DNA of 64,000 nucleotides from Longimicrobiales bacterium (GCA_965238005.1 OZ250165.1:3328001-3392000), one strand, 5' to 3'. Shown: positions 53,133-63,189, counted from the first letter of the stretch. The notes: generated from the letters alone by a model not told the origin. Translations and numbers: made by a program.

Positions 53133-54824
53133 CTAGGACCCGGCGAGCACTTGCGACCGGCAGGCCTCATCCCAGTCGAGCCGGACCAGCATCCCCCCTC
53201 CCCATGACGCCAGAAGCTCCACCGAACCCGGGCAGCGCGCGTCCAGCTCGTCCAGTGCCTCCTTGTGAATCCGGCCGGCATTCTCCAGCAGCACGTACTC
53301 GATCCCGGCCGCGTTCCAGACCTCGAACTGCTCCCGGTTGGTCCCCCAGGTAGGCCCTTCTCCCGCGGGATGAAACCGGGCGCTGGGCGCGACGGTGCGC
53401 CCGGTGTGCAACGCCAGTCCGGCCCAGAGCTCCGGAGCACCCACCACGCCATCCTGCGGGACGCGCTCCTCCACGGCGAAGACTGCCCGCGCGAGCATGC
53501 GGGAGCGCACGTCGAACGCCTCGAGGTGACGGTCCGCCCTCAGATGCAGAAGGCTCACCCCTCCCAGCCAAACGATCCAGCAGAGGCCGAGGATACCCAG
53601 GGCGGCGCTACGAACCGGGAAGCCTCCAACGTCCGCCACGGCCCCCTCGACACCGTCGACACCGTCACCCGAGGCGGGTGACGCACCCCGCCTCACGAGG
53701 GCCCTGATCGCCGCTCCGAGCTCTCTCTGGAATCCACAGATCAGAATCAGGCCCAGAAGTGGTGCCACCGGCATGATCAGACGGCGCTCCTGGTAGGGCC
53801 ACATCCAGAGCAGGCCCACCATCAGGCCGGCCGTCAGGACCGGCGTCCAGGACTCTCTGGACAGTCGGTAGAGACCAATTCCTCCGACACCGGCGACTCC
53901 GAGCGTCAACATCATGCCCCAGAGGCCGCCGACACCGGGGCCGACACCGGGAAAAAGGACACCCGCGATTCGCGACGCCAGGGCCACGGCGCTGGACGCC
54001 ATCCCTGCCAGGAACCCCCCACCTTCGCCACTCGCCTGTCTGGTCAGCCACCCCCCGTATGGGCCCAGCGTATCTCTGAGAGGTGCGGGAATGGCCGTCG
54101 CCGCGCGACTCGACCAGACGAGCCAGGGAGCTACGACGACGAAGACGCCAATAGCGGTCCAAACGGCCCAGCGTATCTGCCGCCGAAGAAGGAGCGCCAC
54201 GGGCACGGCCGCTCCCAACACGACGCCCATGGTTCGCACGTGATAGGCGACGGCCAAGGCCAGGATGAAGGTCGCGAGAGCTCGTCCCGTGGGCTTCCGC
54301 TCCAGGCGCGATCCCGCCCACAGAGCCAGAACGAGCACGAGTAGGAAGAGCGGCTCCGAGAGAGGCACCAGAGAGAGACGCCATACGTCGGGCATGAGCC
54401 ACAGGAATCCGGTGGTGGCTACGGAGCTCCTCCACGAGAAGCCCAGGTAGCGTAGGTAGGACACGAACAACCCGCCACCCACGACGACGAAGAGGAGATT
54501 CACGAACGCCGCGAGGGACCCCTGCGCGACAGCCGTGGGCGCCAGCCTCCAGAGCACCGCGAGAACCAGAGGATAGACCGGAGGAAACTTGGCGCCCGGC
54601 GGCGAGCCAGCGACCTGGGAGTAGCGAAGCCCCTCGCCCTCGGCCAGAGACTGGCCCAGGAGCAGATACGCACCGTCGTCGTGCCAGACTCCCGGCGGGA
54701 CCGCCTCCCAGGCCACGACCCCCACCACGCCAAGCGCAACGGCGGTGAGAGTGGCGACGGAAAAGCCCGGTGCCCCCCCTGTCGGGGCGGCACCGGGCTC
54801 CTCGCTTGCCCTCGAGGCGGGCAT
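53133..54824 (-). CDS. Polytopic membrane protein, GT-C (ArnT/PMT-like) glycosyltransferase
   Basis: HDDGAY after TM1, FPPVYP, LSEPLF, many TM helices. Confidence 0.65.
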   Translation of the reverse strand: MPASRASEEPGAAPTGGAPGFSVATLTAVALGVVGVVAWEAVPPGVWHDDGAYLLLGQSLAEGEGLRYSQVAGSPPGAKFPPVYPLVLAVLWRLAPTAVAQGSLAAFVNLLFVVVGGGLFVSYLRYLGFSWRSSVATTGFLWLMPDVWRLSLVPLSEPLFLLVLVLALWAGSRLERKPTGRALATFILALAVAYHVRTMGVVLGAAVPVALLLRRQIRWAVWTAIGVFVVVAPWLVWSSRAATAIPAPLRDTLGPYGGWLTRQASGEGGGFLAGMASSAVALASRIAGVLFPGVGPGVGGLWGMMLTLGVAGVGGIGLYRLSRESWTPVLTAGLMVGLLWMWPYQERRLIMPVAPLLGLILICGFQRELGAAIRALVRRGASPASGDGVDGVEGAVADVGGFPVRSAALGILGLCWIVWLGGVSLLHLRADRHLEAFDVRSRMLARAVFAVEERVPQDGVVGAPELWAGLALHTGRTVAPSARFHPAGEGPTWGTNREQFEVWNAAGIEYVLLENAGRIHKEALDELDARCPGSVELLASWGGGMLVRLDWDEACRSQVLAGS

Positions 54825-54838
54825 GTTCGTCGCGCGAC

Positions 54839-56056
54839 TCAGCCCGTGAGGACGGCGTTGATATCCACCAGGGCCTCTTCCAGCGTGGACTTCTCGATGG
54901 TCAGCGGAGGCGCGAAGCGGATGACCTGGTGGTGGGTCTCCTTGGCCAGGATTCCCTTCTCCTGCAAGGCCTCGCAGTACGGCCGGGCCGTCCCGGACGA
55001 CTCCTTGATGACAACACCGACCATGAGCCCGCGGCCGCGCACTTCCTCGACGTGCGGTGAGTCGATGGCGCGGAGCTCATCCATGAACCAGCTGCCCAAC
55101 GCGTCGGAGCGCTGCGACAGATTCTCCTCGAGAATCACGCGGAGCGAAGCCCGCCCCACGGCCGCACCCAGAGGATTGCCGCCGAAGGTCGAGCCGTGAT
55201 CACCGGGCCGGTAGAGATCCATGAACTCCGAGTCGGCGATGGCTGCAGACACCGGGTAAACGCCACCGCCCAGAGCCTTGCCGACGATGAGCACGTCGGG
55301 CCGGACGTCCTCCCAGTCGCAGCAGAAGAGACGACCGGTGCGACCGAGTCCGGTCTGGATCTCGTCGGCCACGAAGGCGATTCCGCGCTCGCGGCAGATC
55401 TCGGCCGTCCGGCTCAGATAACCTTCCGGAGGTACGACGACTCCGCCCTCGCCCTGCAGAGGCTCCATGAGGAAGCCGACCGTATTCTCGGTGATGGCGG
55501 CCTCGAAGGCTTCCACGTCGCCGTACGGCACCATCACGAACCCCGGCGTGAAGGGCCCGAAGCCCTCCTTGTATTGATCCTCGGAGGAGAACCCGACGAT
55601 GGTCGTCGTCCGCCCGTGGAAGTTGTTCTCGCAGACGATGATCTCGGCCTGTCCTTCGGGCACGCCCTTCACCTGGTAGCCCCACTTCCGCACGGTCTTG
55701 ATGGCCGTCTCCACGGCCTCGGCCCCCGTGTTCATGGGAAGGGCCTTGTCGAATCCGCTGGCCTCGCAGAGCTCCCGGAGGAAGGGACCCATCTGGTCGT
55801 TGTGGAACGCCCGCGACGTCAAGGTCAGCTTGGCCATCTGCTCTTCGGCGGCTCGCATGATCTCTGGATGGCGGTGTCCCTGATTCAGTGCCGAATAGGC
55901 GGCGAGCATGTCGAGATATCGGTTGCCATCAACGTCCCAAACCCAGACGCCCTCTCCTCGGTCCAGCACCACCGGGAGCGGCTCGTAGTTGTGGGCGCTG
56001 AACTGGTCAGCCTCACTCAGATACTGGTCGGTTTTCGATGCACTTGCTTGAATCAT
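54839..56056 (-). CDS. rocD: Ornithine aminotransferase
   Basis: AHNYEPLPVV, AYSALNQGHRHP, LTSRAF, DEIQTGLGRTG, GKALGGG, HGSTFGGNPL. Confidence 0.95.
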   Translation of the reverse strand: MIQASASKTDQYLSEADQFSAHNYEPLPVVLDRGEGVWVWDVDGNRYLDMLAAYSALNQGHRHPEIMRAAEEQMAKLTLTSRAFHNDQMGPFLRELCEASGFDKALPMNTGAEAVETAIKTVRKWGYQVKGVPEGQAEIIVCENNFHGRTTTIVGFSSEDQYKEGFGPFTPGFVMVPYGDVEAFEAAITENTVGFLMEPLQGEGGVVVPPEGYLSRTAEICRERGIAFVADEIQTGLGRTGRLFCCDWEDVRPDVLIVGKALGGGVYPVSAAIADSEFMDLYRPGDHGSTFGGNPLGAAVGRASLRVILEENLSQRSDALGSWFMDELRAIDSPHVEEVRGRGLMVGVVIKESSGTARPYCEALQEKGILAKETHHQVIRFAPPLTIEKSTLEEALVDINAVLTG

Positions 56057-56104
56057 GAGACACTCACATGACGTCGTTCGGCGACGCCGTTCGGGGATGA
56101 GACA

Positions 56105-56383
56105 CTAGTGTGGTGTTACAGAAGTGTCTCGGCCATTGATCTCGCTGCGCTCGATCGTCTCGCGGTCAACTCGGCGCTCACGACGAGCATGAAGGTCGCT
56201 CGGCTCGAGCACCGATGCATCCGGCCCTGCGGCGTTCCTCCTCCTCGGACCACGGCGTTCGGCCGCGGTGCCCGCGTTGCTATTCCTCGTCGTCGCGCCT
56301 GACCCACGCATCCGGCGCGGGTACCCCGGATCCGGCGCCTCGGCACTCTCGGTGGCTCGCGAACTTCTGGGACACCACACTAG
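56105..56383. mobile_element. MITE-like element, CTAG-bounded (279 bp), related to 48154-48237
   Basis: TIR ctagtgtggtgttacagaagt / acttctgggacaccacactag; shares gaagttcgcgagcc and ggccgagacactt subterminal motifs in reverse orientation. Confidence 0.7.
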
Positions 56384-56476
56384 CAGGTACGAACACGCTG
56401 GAATTATAATAATAGCATTAATGCTAATAATAATACTACACTTGAGAGCGCATAATGTGCCCTCCCCAAGAAACAT

Positions 56477-57439
56477 TCAAGAGCCGCGCAATGGGTACGC
56501 GACCGGAGCCAGCTCTCCTTCGTTCACCTCGAGTCGAAAGACGTCGGGCCGGGCGTAGTGCCCCACGACGTCGAAGTCGAACTTCCCGCGGACCACGGCC
56601 CCCATGTCGAGCTCGGCCGTGAGGATCCCTTCGGCATCGAAGAGGGGACCGGCAAGGCAGTCTCCGGCCGGGTCGTAGATGGCACTGCCACCGGGGCACA
56701 GGGTCTCGGGCCAGGACTCGAGCTCCCCAGCGATCTCCAGGTCGTCGGGGTACATGTCGCGGGTCACGTACTGGTTACACCCCAACACGAAGCAGCGCCC
56801 CTCCAGGGCGATGTGCTGCAGTGTGCCCTGCCATCGGCCCCGGTAGTCGGCGGTGGGTGCGAGGTAGATCTCCACCCCCTTCCCGTACATGGCCATGCGG
56901 GCGAGGGGCATGTAGTTCTCCCAGCAGATGAGGCCACCCACACGGCCGAATGGAGCCTGGACCGTCGTGAGCGTGCTCCCGTCTCCCTCGCCCCAGATCA
57001 GGCGCTCCGCCCCCGTGGGCTTGAGCTTTCGGTGCTTGCCCAGAAGCGAGCCGTCGGCGCCGAAGTACAGGAGTGTGCAGAAAAGGGTGCCTCCGCTGTA
57101 GGTGGAGTCGCGCTCCACGACGCCCACGGCCAGGTATACGCCCGCCTCACGGGCCGCCTCACCCATGCGCTCGGTGGCCGGCCCCGGCACCTCGACTGCA
57201 GTGTCCCAGTAGCACTGCCAGACGCGCCGGCCGGCGTCGCTCCGGCCCCCCACTGCGGTGCCGAAGGCCAGGCCCCAGGGATAGCCGCCGACGTACGCCT
57301 CGGGAAAGACGACCAGTCCTGCGCCGTCGGCCGCGGCCTGGGCCGTCAGGTCGGCGACCTTCTCGGTGGCCCCCTCCCGGTCGAAGAAGGTGGGGGATGC
57401 CTGCACGACGGCGGCCGTCACGGTGCGATTGTCGCTCAC
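56477..57439 (-). CDS. Nitrilase (carbon-nitrogen hydrolase)
   Basis: Probable GTG start 57439; VFPEAYVGGYP, KHRKLKPT..ER, GGLICWENYMPLAR, GHYARPD. Confidence 0.92.
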   Translation of the reverse strand: MSDNRTVTAAVVQASPTFFDREGATEKVADLTAQAAADGAGLVVFPEAYVGGYPWGLAFGTAVGGRSDAGRRVWQCYWDTAVEVPGPATERMGEAAREAGVYLAVGVVERDSTYSGGTLFCTLLYFGADGSLLGKHRKLKPTGAERLIWGEGDGSTLTTVQAPFGRVGGLICWENYMPLARMAMYGKGVEIYLAPTADYRGRWQGTLQHIALEGRCFVLGCNQYVTRDMYPDDLEIAGELESWPETLCPGGSAIYDPAGDCLAGPLFDAEGILTAELDMGAVVRGKFDFDVVGHYARPDVFRLEVNEGELAPVAYPLRGS

Positions 57440-57482
57440 GGTTCTCTCCGGTGTTCCGTTGCCAAAGCGACGGGACACTAAC

Positions 57483-58424
57483 TCAGCGGCTACGGTAAAC
57501 GAACTCTGCCACTACGTCCCCCACCATGAACAACGTCTGCGCGCTCGTGTTTTCCGGGGTGTCGTCGGGCGTGTGCCAAAGGCCGTTCCTCGACCCGTAG
57601 TCGAAGTCGATGACGTCGATGGTGGGGATTCCGGCGTCGTTGAGCTTCAGATGGTCGTCGACGACCCGGGCCGTCTCGTCCAACGGGAAGTAGCGCCGAT
57701 AGCCCAGGTCCGCAGCGATTCCCCAGACCCGCTGAACGAGCTGCGGCGCAGCCTCGAGGGAGTAGGCCTCCACGGGAAATCGGGGGTCGGCATCGCCCAC
57801 CAGGTCCAGAAGTACGGCGAAGTCCGGGGGGTTGTCTGAGCCCCTTCCCGTAGCGTAGTGGGCGGCCCCGAGGAACATGTCGGCCGTTGTGGGCCCGTAG
57901 TCCTCGCCGTCGCTGAAGAGAAGATCCACGCCCCCGGGCGGAGCCTGCTCGGCGAACATCCGCGCCAGCTCGAGGAGCACGGCCGTGCCTGACGCCCCGT
58001 CGTTGGCACCGGGCACCGGCTTCTCCCGATCCTCGTCGTCTCGGCTCTGGTCCGCCTTCGGCCGCGTGTCCCAGTGCGTGAGGAGGAGGAGGCGTCGATC
58101 GCTGTCGAGGCCGAAACGCGCGATGACGTTCGTGAGGCTCAGGGAGTCTCCGTCGCGGGTGACGTGCTCGAACTCGTCGAGGAACACCGTGTCGGCGAGC
58201 TCGCTGAGCTGCTCCACCATCCAGGCGAGTTGGCGGGCGTGGCCCTCCATCCCCGGCACACGCGGGCCGAAGGCCACCTGCGCCAGCAGGTCCTGAAAGG
58301 CCCGGGTGGCGTCGAAGGCCGGGCGGTCCACCCTGACCGAGATGGTCCTCTCCTCGGAATCCCCACCTCCGCACCCTACCACCAGAAGCTGTAGAGCCAT
58401 CATCAGCGACCATCGCTTCGTCAC
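57483..58424 (-). CDS. M28 family peptidase / glutaminyl-cyclase-like lipoprotein
   Basis: Probable GTG start 58424, lipobox VVGC; HWDTRP, GANDGASG, DGEDYG, LDLVG, DDH, WHT.DD. Confidence 0.85.
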   Translation of the reverse strand: MTKRWSLMMALQLLVVGCGGGDSEERTISVRVDRPAFDATRAFQDLLAQVAFGPRVPGMEGHARQLAWMVEQLSELADTVFLDEFEHVTRDGDSLSLTNVIARFGLDSDRRLLLLTHWDTRPKADQSRDDEDREKPVPGANDGASGTAVLLELARMFAEQAPPGGVDLLFSDGEDYGPTTADMFLGAAHYATGRGSDNPPDFAVLLDLVGDADPRFPVEAYSLEAAPQLVQRVWGIAADLGYRRYFPLDETARVVDDHLKLNDAGIPTIDVIDFDYGSRNGLWHTPDDTPENTSAQTLFMVGDVVAEFVYRSR

Positions 58425-58506
58425 TTCGTCCTCGCGGTAGAATGTCTCGGCGGCATGGGGCGCTGGTGTCGCCGGGCGTCTGAGCCGGTGGGCGGGTAGC
58501 GGGACA

Positions 58507-58599
58507 CTGGTGTTCCGTTGCCGAAGTTCTCGAGCCACCAAGAAGGTCGGATGCACCGTGCCCTCGACCGGCCGAGACACTTTGGTAACGGAACACTAG
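58507..58599. mobile_element. MITE-like element (93 bp), same family as 48154-48237
   Basis: ctggtgttccgttgccgaagttctcgagcc...cggatgcaccgtgccctcgaccggccgagacactttggtaacggaacactag. Confidence 0.7.
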
Positions 58600-58684
58600 A
58601 ACCCCTGGGCGGTCCCGGGGTTTCTTCCGGGTCGGGGCCCGCGTATCCTCCCGATCATCCCTGGACTCCTTCCTGGAGCCGTTC

Positions 58685-59011
58685 ATGAATAGACCCCCGC
58701 CCCTCGATGTGCTCGAGCAGGCGAGTGAGTGGAAGGCGCAGGGCTTGGGCGTGGCCCTGGCGACGGTGGTTCGAACGTGGGGCTCGGCTCCGCGACAGCC
58801 GGGCAGTCAGATGTGCATCAACGAGCACGGGCACTTCGTGGGCTCGGTGTCGGGCGGATGCGTCGAGGGCGCCGTAATCCAGGAGGCCCAGGAGCTCATG
58901 GTCCATGGGGGCACCAAGCTCCTGCAGTTCGGCGTGACTGACGAGCAAGCGTGGGAGGTGGGCCTGGCCTGCGGTGGCGAGGTGGAGATCTACGTCGAGA
59001 GAGTGGAGTGA
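58685..59011 (+). CDS. XdhC/CoxI family protein, N-terminal part
   Basis: LATVVRTWGSAPRQPGS, GSVSGGCVE, GLACGG. Confidence 0.9.
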   Translation: MNRPPPLDVLEQASEWKAQGLGVALATVVRTWGSAPRQPGSQMCINEHGHFVGSVSGGCVEGAVIQEAQELMVHGGTKLLQFGVTDEQAWEVGLACGGEVEIYVERVE

Positions 59012-59772
59012 AGGCCGAGCTCCTGAGCCGACTGGTCGAGGACCGGCGCAATGAGCGAGCCGTGGTCCTCGCCACGAACCTGGACACCGGGGAGCAGCTG
59101 CTCCTCTACCCGTTGGAGGCCGACTCGCAGGTCGGTGATCCCCGAGCCTCGGAGGAGGCCGAGCACGCCGAAGCAGGCCCCGCGGAAGACGGCACCGAAG
59201 GCTTCGGCCCCGCCCTACACCGGGCGGCCCGCAGTGCACTCCTGAACGACCGCTCCCAGCCGGTGGACGGACCCGGCGGCCCCTTCTTCCTGCAGGTGCA
59301 CAATCCACCTCACCGCATGGTAGTGGTGGGCGCGGTACACATCGCCCAGCCGTTGGCCCAGATGGCGAGGCACGCCGGCTTCTCCGTCTCGCTCGTGGAT
59401 CCCCGCGAGGCCTTCAACACGGAAGCTCGCTTCCCGGGCGTCGACCGTCTCCTCTCGTGGCCGGATACTGCCCTGGCGAACCTGGAGCTGGACCATCGAA
59501 CTGCCGTGGTGACCCTCACCCACGACCCCAAGCTCGATGACCCCGCGCTGGCGACGGCCCTGGGCGGTCCCGCCTTCTACATCGGAGCCCTCGGCAGCCG
59601 CAAGACACACGGCCGGCGCCTCGAGCGCATGAGGGAGGCCGGGTTCGACGAGGAGGCTCTGTCCAGGATTCGCGGCCCCGTGGGTCTCGACATCGGAGCG
59701 CGGACGCCGGGCGAGATCGCCGCGGCCATTCTGGCCGAGGTCATCGGAGAGCTGCGGCGGGAAGTGACATGA
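59008..59772 (+). CDS. XdhC family protein, C-terminal (Rossmann) part
   Basis: GTGA overlap; VVGAVHIAQPL, THDPKLDD, YIGALGSRKT, GPVGLDIGARTPGEIA. Confidence 0.9.
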   Translation: MKAELLSRLVEDRRNERAVVLATNLDTGEQLLLYPLEADSQVGDPRASEEAEHAEAGPAEDGTEGFGPALHRAARSALLNDRSQPVDGPGGPFFLQVHNPPHRMVVVGAVHIAQPLAQMARHAGFSVSLVDPREAFNTEARFPGVDRLLSWPDTALANLELDHRTAVVTLTHDPKLDDPALATALGGPAFYIGALGSRKTHGRRLERMREAGFDEEALSRIRGPVGLDIGARTPGEIAAAILAEVIGELRREVT

Positions 59773-60422
59773 CCGATGATGCGTTGGAGGCGGCGGATCC
59801 GACCCCGCCCGCCCCCTCCGGCGTGATCTGCGTGGTGCTGGCCGCAGGATCCTCCACCCGCATGGAGGGGCGCAACAAGCTGTTGGAGCGCGTCGACGGC
59901 GCTCCCATGGTGGCGACCGTGGTACGAGCCGCTCTCGCGTCCCGGGCCGATGAGGTCGTCGTGGTCACGGGTGAGGACCGTGAGCGAGTGGAGGCGTGCC
60001 TCTCCGGGCTCCCGATCCACCTCGTGTGGAACCCGGACCACGCCCAAGGCCTCAGCACATCCCTCAAGGCCGGAGTCTCGGCCCTCCCCGGCGGCGCACG
60101 GGCCGTCGTGGTATGCCTGGGAGACATGCCCCTGCTGCGTCCCAGTCACATCGACACCCTGGCCCGGGCCTTTCTCGCAGATCCCGATGGCTCCATCTTC
60201 GTGCCTACATGGCAAGGCCGGAGAGGCAATCCGGTGCTGTGGACCGTGGACCTGCTCCCTGAGATCGGCACCCTCGCGGGTGACGTCGGTGCCAAAGCGC
60301 TCATGTCTCGCCACCCGACCAGGGTGCGCGAGGTCCCGGTGGATGCGCCCGGAATCCTCACCGACGTGGACACACCCGGGGCACTTCGGGAGTTGACCGC
60401 GCCCAATGACGCACGATCCTGA
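59769..60422 (+). CDS. Molybdenum cofactor cytidylyltransferase (MocA-like)
   Basis: VLAAGSSTRM..NKLL, LGDMP, GRRGNPV, GDVGAK, DVDTP. Confidence 0.88.
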   Translation: MTDDALEAADPTPPAPSGVICVVLAAGSSTRMEGRNKLLERVDGAPMVATVVRAALASRADEVVVVTGEDRERVEACLSGLPIHLVWNPDHAQGLSTSLKAGVSALPGGARAVVVCLGDMPLLRPSHIDTLARAFLADPDGSIFVPTWQGRRGNPVLWTVDLLPEIGTLAGDVGAKALMSRHPTRVREVPVDAPGILTDVDTPGALRELTAPNDARS

Positions 60423-60499
60423 CGATCATTGAATCCGACGACGACGGCACCCAACCACGACTGACCCCAGCTAATCCGAATGTCCTCCCTCAAGTCCGA

Positions 60500-61090
60500 A
60501 TGTCCTCCCTCAAGATAGAAGAACGTTTCGAGCTGGACGCGCACCCGGACGAGGTCTGGGCATACCTCACCCAGCCCGAGCGCATCGTCGTGTGCCTGCC
60601 AGGAGCCGAGCTCACTGAGGTCATCGACGAGCGGAGCTTTGCGGGAAGGGTCAAGGTGACGCTCGGCCCGGTGGCCATGGACTACCATGGGACGATGGAG
60701 TTCACCGAGGTGGAACCCGAGCAACGGGTCATCCGGATGGAGGGCAAAGGCCAGGAGAGGCGCGGCGGTGGGACGGCCACCCTGACCATGGAGGGCACGG
60801 TCCGCGGGCTGGAAGGGGATCGCTCCGAGGTCTCGGTCGTGGCGGACATCCGGCTGGCCGGCAAGATCGTCTCATTCGGAAGGGGCATGATCCAGGCGGT
60901 CACGGCGGAGGTCTTCAAGGAGTTCACCGAACGCCTGGCCGACGAGCTGGCGGCGAGTGGACCGGCTGATGCAAGTCCTGCCGGGGATGGCGCAGGTCTC
61001 GACACCGAAGAAGGGGGACCGGTGCCCCTGCTCAGGCTTCTCCTCCGGTCCCTCCGATCTTGGCTCCGGCGCCTCTTCGGGCGGGAGTAG
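60500..61090 (+). CDS. CoxG/SRPBCC family protein
   Basis: VW..L..PE....CLPGA, LAGKIVSFGRGMI. Confidence 0.85.
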   Translation: MSSLKIEERFELDAHPDEVWAYLTQPERIVVCLPGAELTEVIDERSFAGRVKVTLGPVAMDYHGTMEFTEVEPEQRVIRMEGKGQERRGGGTATLTMEGTVRGLEGDRSEVSVVADIRLAGKIVSFGRGMIQAVTAEVFKEFTERLADELAASGPADASPAGDGAGLDTEEGGPVPLLRLLLRSLRSWLRRLFGRE

Positions 61091-62288
61091 GCGGCAGCGT
61101 CAGAGCCTGTGCCAGCTCCCTCAGGCTGTTCAGGCTGTGCACGGGTCGGAAGTCGTCCACGTGCGGAAGGATGGCCCGGATGCCCTGGGCCTCCGGCTGG
61201 AACTCCTCATAGCGGAGGAGGGGATTCAGCCAGAGCAGCCGGCGGCAGGAGCGGTGGAGCCGATCCATGGCCGCTCCGAGTCCCTCCCCCCCTTCCCGGT
61301 CCAACCCGTCGGTGATCAGGAGAACCACGGCTCCCTGCCCCAGCACCCTTCGGGACCAGGAACGGTTGAATGCCTCGATGCAGGCCCCGATGCGCGTGCC
61401 GCCGTCCCAGTCCTTCACCACATGGCTCAGGCGCTCCAGCGCCACGTCCACGTCGCGATGCCGTAGGTGACGGGTTGCGTTGGTGAGGCGGGTCCCGAAC
61501 AGGAAGGTGTGCACCCGATCCCTGTCGTTGGTCAGCGAGTGCAGGAAGTGGAGGAGCATCCGGGTGTATCCGCTCATGGACCCCGAGATGTCGCACAGGG
61601 CAACGAGGGTGGGAGGCCTCCGGCGCCGGGCGCGCCACTCCAGCGGTATGGTGGCCCCTCCGGCTCTGACCGTCGCGCGGTGCGTGCGTCGCAGGTCCAC
61701 TTCGGATCCTGCCGGGTGGGGCCGGCGTCGCCGGGTCGGCAGGTCCCGGACCGGGACGCGCAACCGGGCGATGGCTTCACGGGCGGCCTCGATCTCGGCG
61801 ACGGACATCTGCTCGAAGTCCTTCTCCGACAGAGCCTCCCGTTGGGAGTAGGTCATTCGGAGGTCCACCCCGACCCTCTCGTGTTCCGGGCCGGCCCCGG
61901 GACCACCGTCGGCCCAGGCCTCGGCGAGACGCCGCGGTAGGGGTGGGCCCTCGGGCACGGGAACCTTGGACACGGACAGGAGCTCCTCCAGGACCGAGTT
62001 GGAGGGAGGGCGATCAGACCAGAAGAGCTTGAAAACCTCGTAGAAGGTCGGCCGGTGCTCGCCCCGTCTCACTAAGACGGCGTGGAGGGCCCAGAAGAAC
62101 TCGTCGGGGCGTGTGACGTCCACAGCGGCCAGAGCCCCTACGGCGTTGAGCACGTCGCCCGGCCCCGTGGGGAGCCCCGCCCGCCGGAGCAGCCGGGCGA
62201 AGTCGGTGACCCTTTCGGTAAGCCGTTCGCCCCACCGGGAGTCTCCGCTGCCGGACTCCCCGTGACCGGACGATCCCCCTCTAGACAA
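61032..62288 (-). CDS. CoxE-like VWA domain protein
   Basis: CDISGSM, FGTRLT, DWDGGTRIG, ITDGLD, WLNPL; probable TTG start overlapping the ATPase stop. Confidence 0.85.
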   Translation of the reverse strand: MSRGGSSGHGESGSGDSRWGERLTERVTDFARLLRRAGLPTGPGDVLNAVGALAAVDVTRPDEFFWALHAVLVRRGEHRPTFYEVFKLFWSDRPPSNSVLEELLSVSKVPVPEGPPLPRRLAEAWADGGPGAGPEHERVGVDLRMTYSQREALSEKDFEQMSVAEIEAAREAIARLRVPVRDLPTRRRRPHPAGSEVDLRRTHRATVRAGGATIPLEWRARRRRPPTLVALCDISGSMSGYTRMLLHFLHSLTNDRDRVHTFLFGTRLTNATRHLRHRDVDVALERLSHVVKDWDGGTRIGACIEAFNRSWSRRVLGQGAVVLLITDGLDREGGEGLGAAMDRLHRSCRRLLWLNPLLRYEEFQPEAQGIRAILPHVDDFRPVHSLNSLRELAQALTLPPTPARRGAGAKIGGTGGEA

Positions 62289-63189
62289 CTTCCTGCATGA
62301 TGGCCAAGGCCGGCTCGCCGCGCACCCGCGCCAGGTCGTCTTCGTACTTGAGAAGCACACCCAGCGTATCGTTCACCACGTCGCCGTCCAGGCTCGACCG
62401 TCCCAGGGTCAATAGCGCCCGGGTCCAGTCGATGGACTCGGCGAGACCGGGTACCTTGAAGAGATCCTCCTGCCGCAGCCGCTGGACGAAGCCTACCACC
62501 TGGCGGGTGAACTCCTCCCCCGCCTCGGGCACCCGAACCGCGACGATCTCCGTCTCGCGATCCCTGGTCGGGTAGTCGATCCAGTGGTAGAAGCACCGGC
62601 GTTTGAGGGCGTCGTGGATCTCGCGCGTCCGGTTGGAGGTGATGATCACCACCGGCGGCTCCTTCGCCTTGATCGTTCCCACCTCCGGCACGGTGATCTG
62701 GAAGTCGGAGAGGAGCTCCAGGAGAAAGGCCTCGAAGGGTTCGTCGGTGCGGTCCAGCTCGTCGATGAGGAGGACGGGTGGCCCCTCCGGACGTGGCGCC
62801 AGGGCTTCCAGGAGGGGCCTGTGGATCAGGAACTCGTCCGAGAAGACGTCGGACTCGAGGCGGGCCCGATCCGTGACGCCCGCCGCCTCGGCGATCCGGA
62901 TCTCGATCATCTGGCGAGCGTAGTTCCACTCGTAGACCGCGGACGATACGTCCAGACCCTCATAGCACTGGAGGCGGATCAGACGCCGCCGCAGTCCTGA
63001 GGCCAGAACCTTCCCCACCTCGGTCTTGCCTACCCCAGCCTCTCCCTCCAGGAAGAGCGGCCTCCCCAGACGCAGAGACAGGTAGACGGCCGTCGCGAGA
63101 GACCGGTCCGCTACGTAGCGCTCCTCCTGGAGGAGCTCGAGGGTCTCATCGACCGAATCCGGGATCGATACGCGCTCTTCTATGCGCAC
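62281..63189 (-). CDS. MoxR-type AAA+ ATPase (CoxD-like)
   Basis: [42 protein letters not shown]. Confidence 0.92.
   Translation of the reverse strand: MRIEERVSIPDSVDETLELLQEERYVADRSLATAVYLSLRLGRPLFLEGEAGVGKTEVGKVLASGLRRRLIRLQCYEGLDVSSAVYEWNYARQMIEIRIAEAAGVTDRARLESDVFSDEFLIHRPLLEALAPRPEGPPVLLIDELDRTDEPFEAFLLELLSDFQITVPEVGTIKAKEPPVVIITSNRTREIHDALKRRCFYHWIDYPTRDRETEIVAVRVPEAGEEFTRQVVGFVQRLRQEDLFKVPGLAESIDWTRALLTLGRSSLDGDVVNDTLGVLLKYEDDLARVRGEPALAIMQEVV

Noticed and set aside
56105..56383. Riboswitch in the rocD leader
   Set aside because: No SAM/lysine/glycine/TPP consensus recognised; the region is better explained by TIRs shared with the MITE family
57483..58424. Glutaminyl-cyclase-like M28 protein as maturase for the Gln-initiated Cys-rich cores
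   Set aside because: Lies ~44 kb away in a housekeeping context; nothing in the sequence links them
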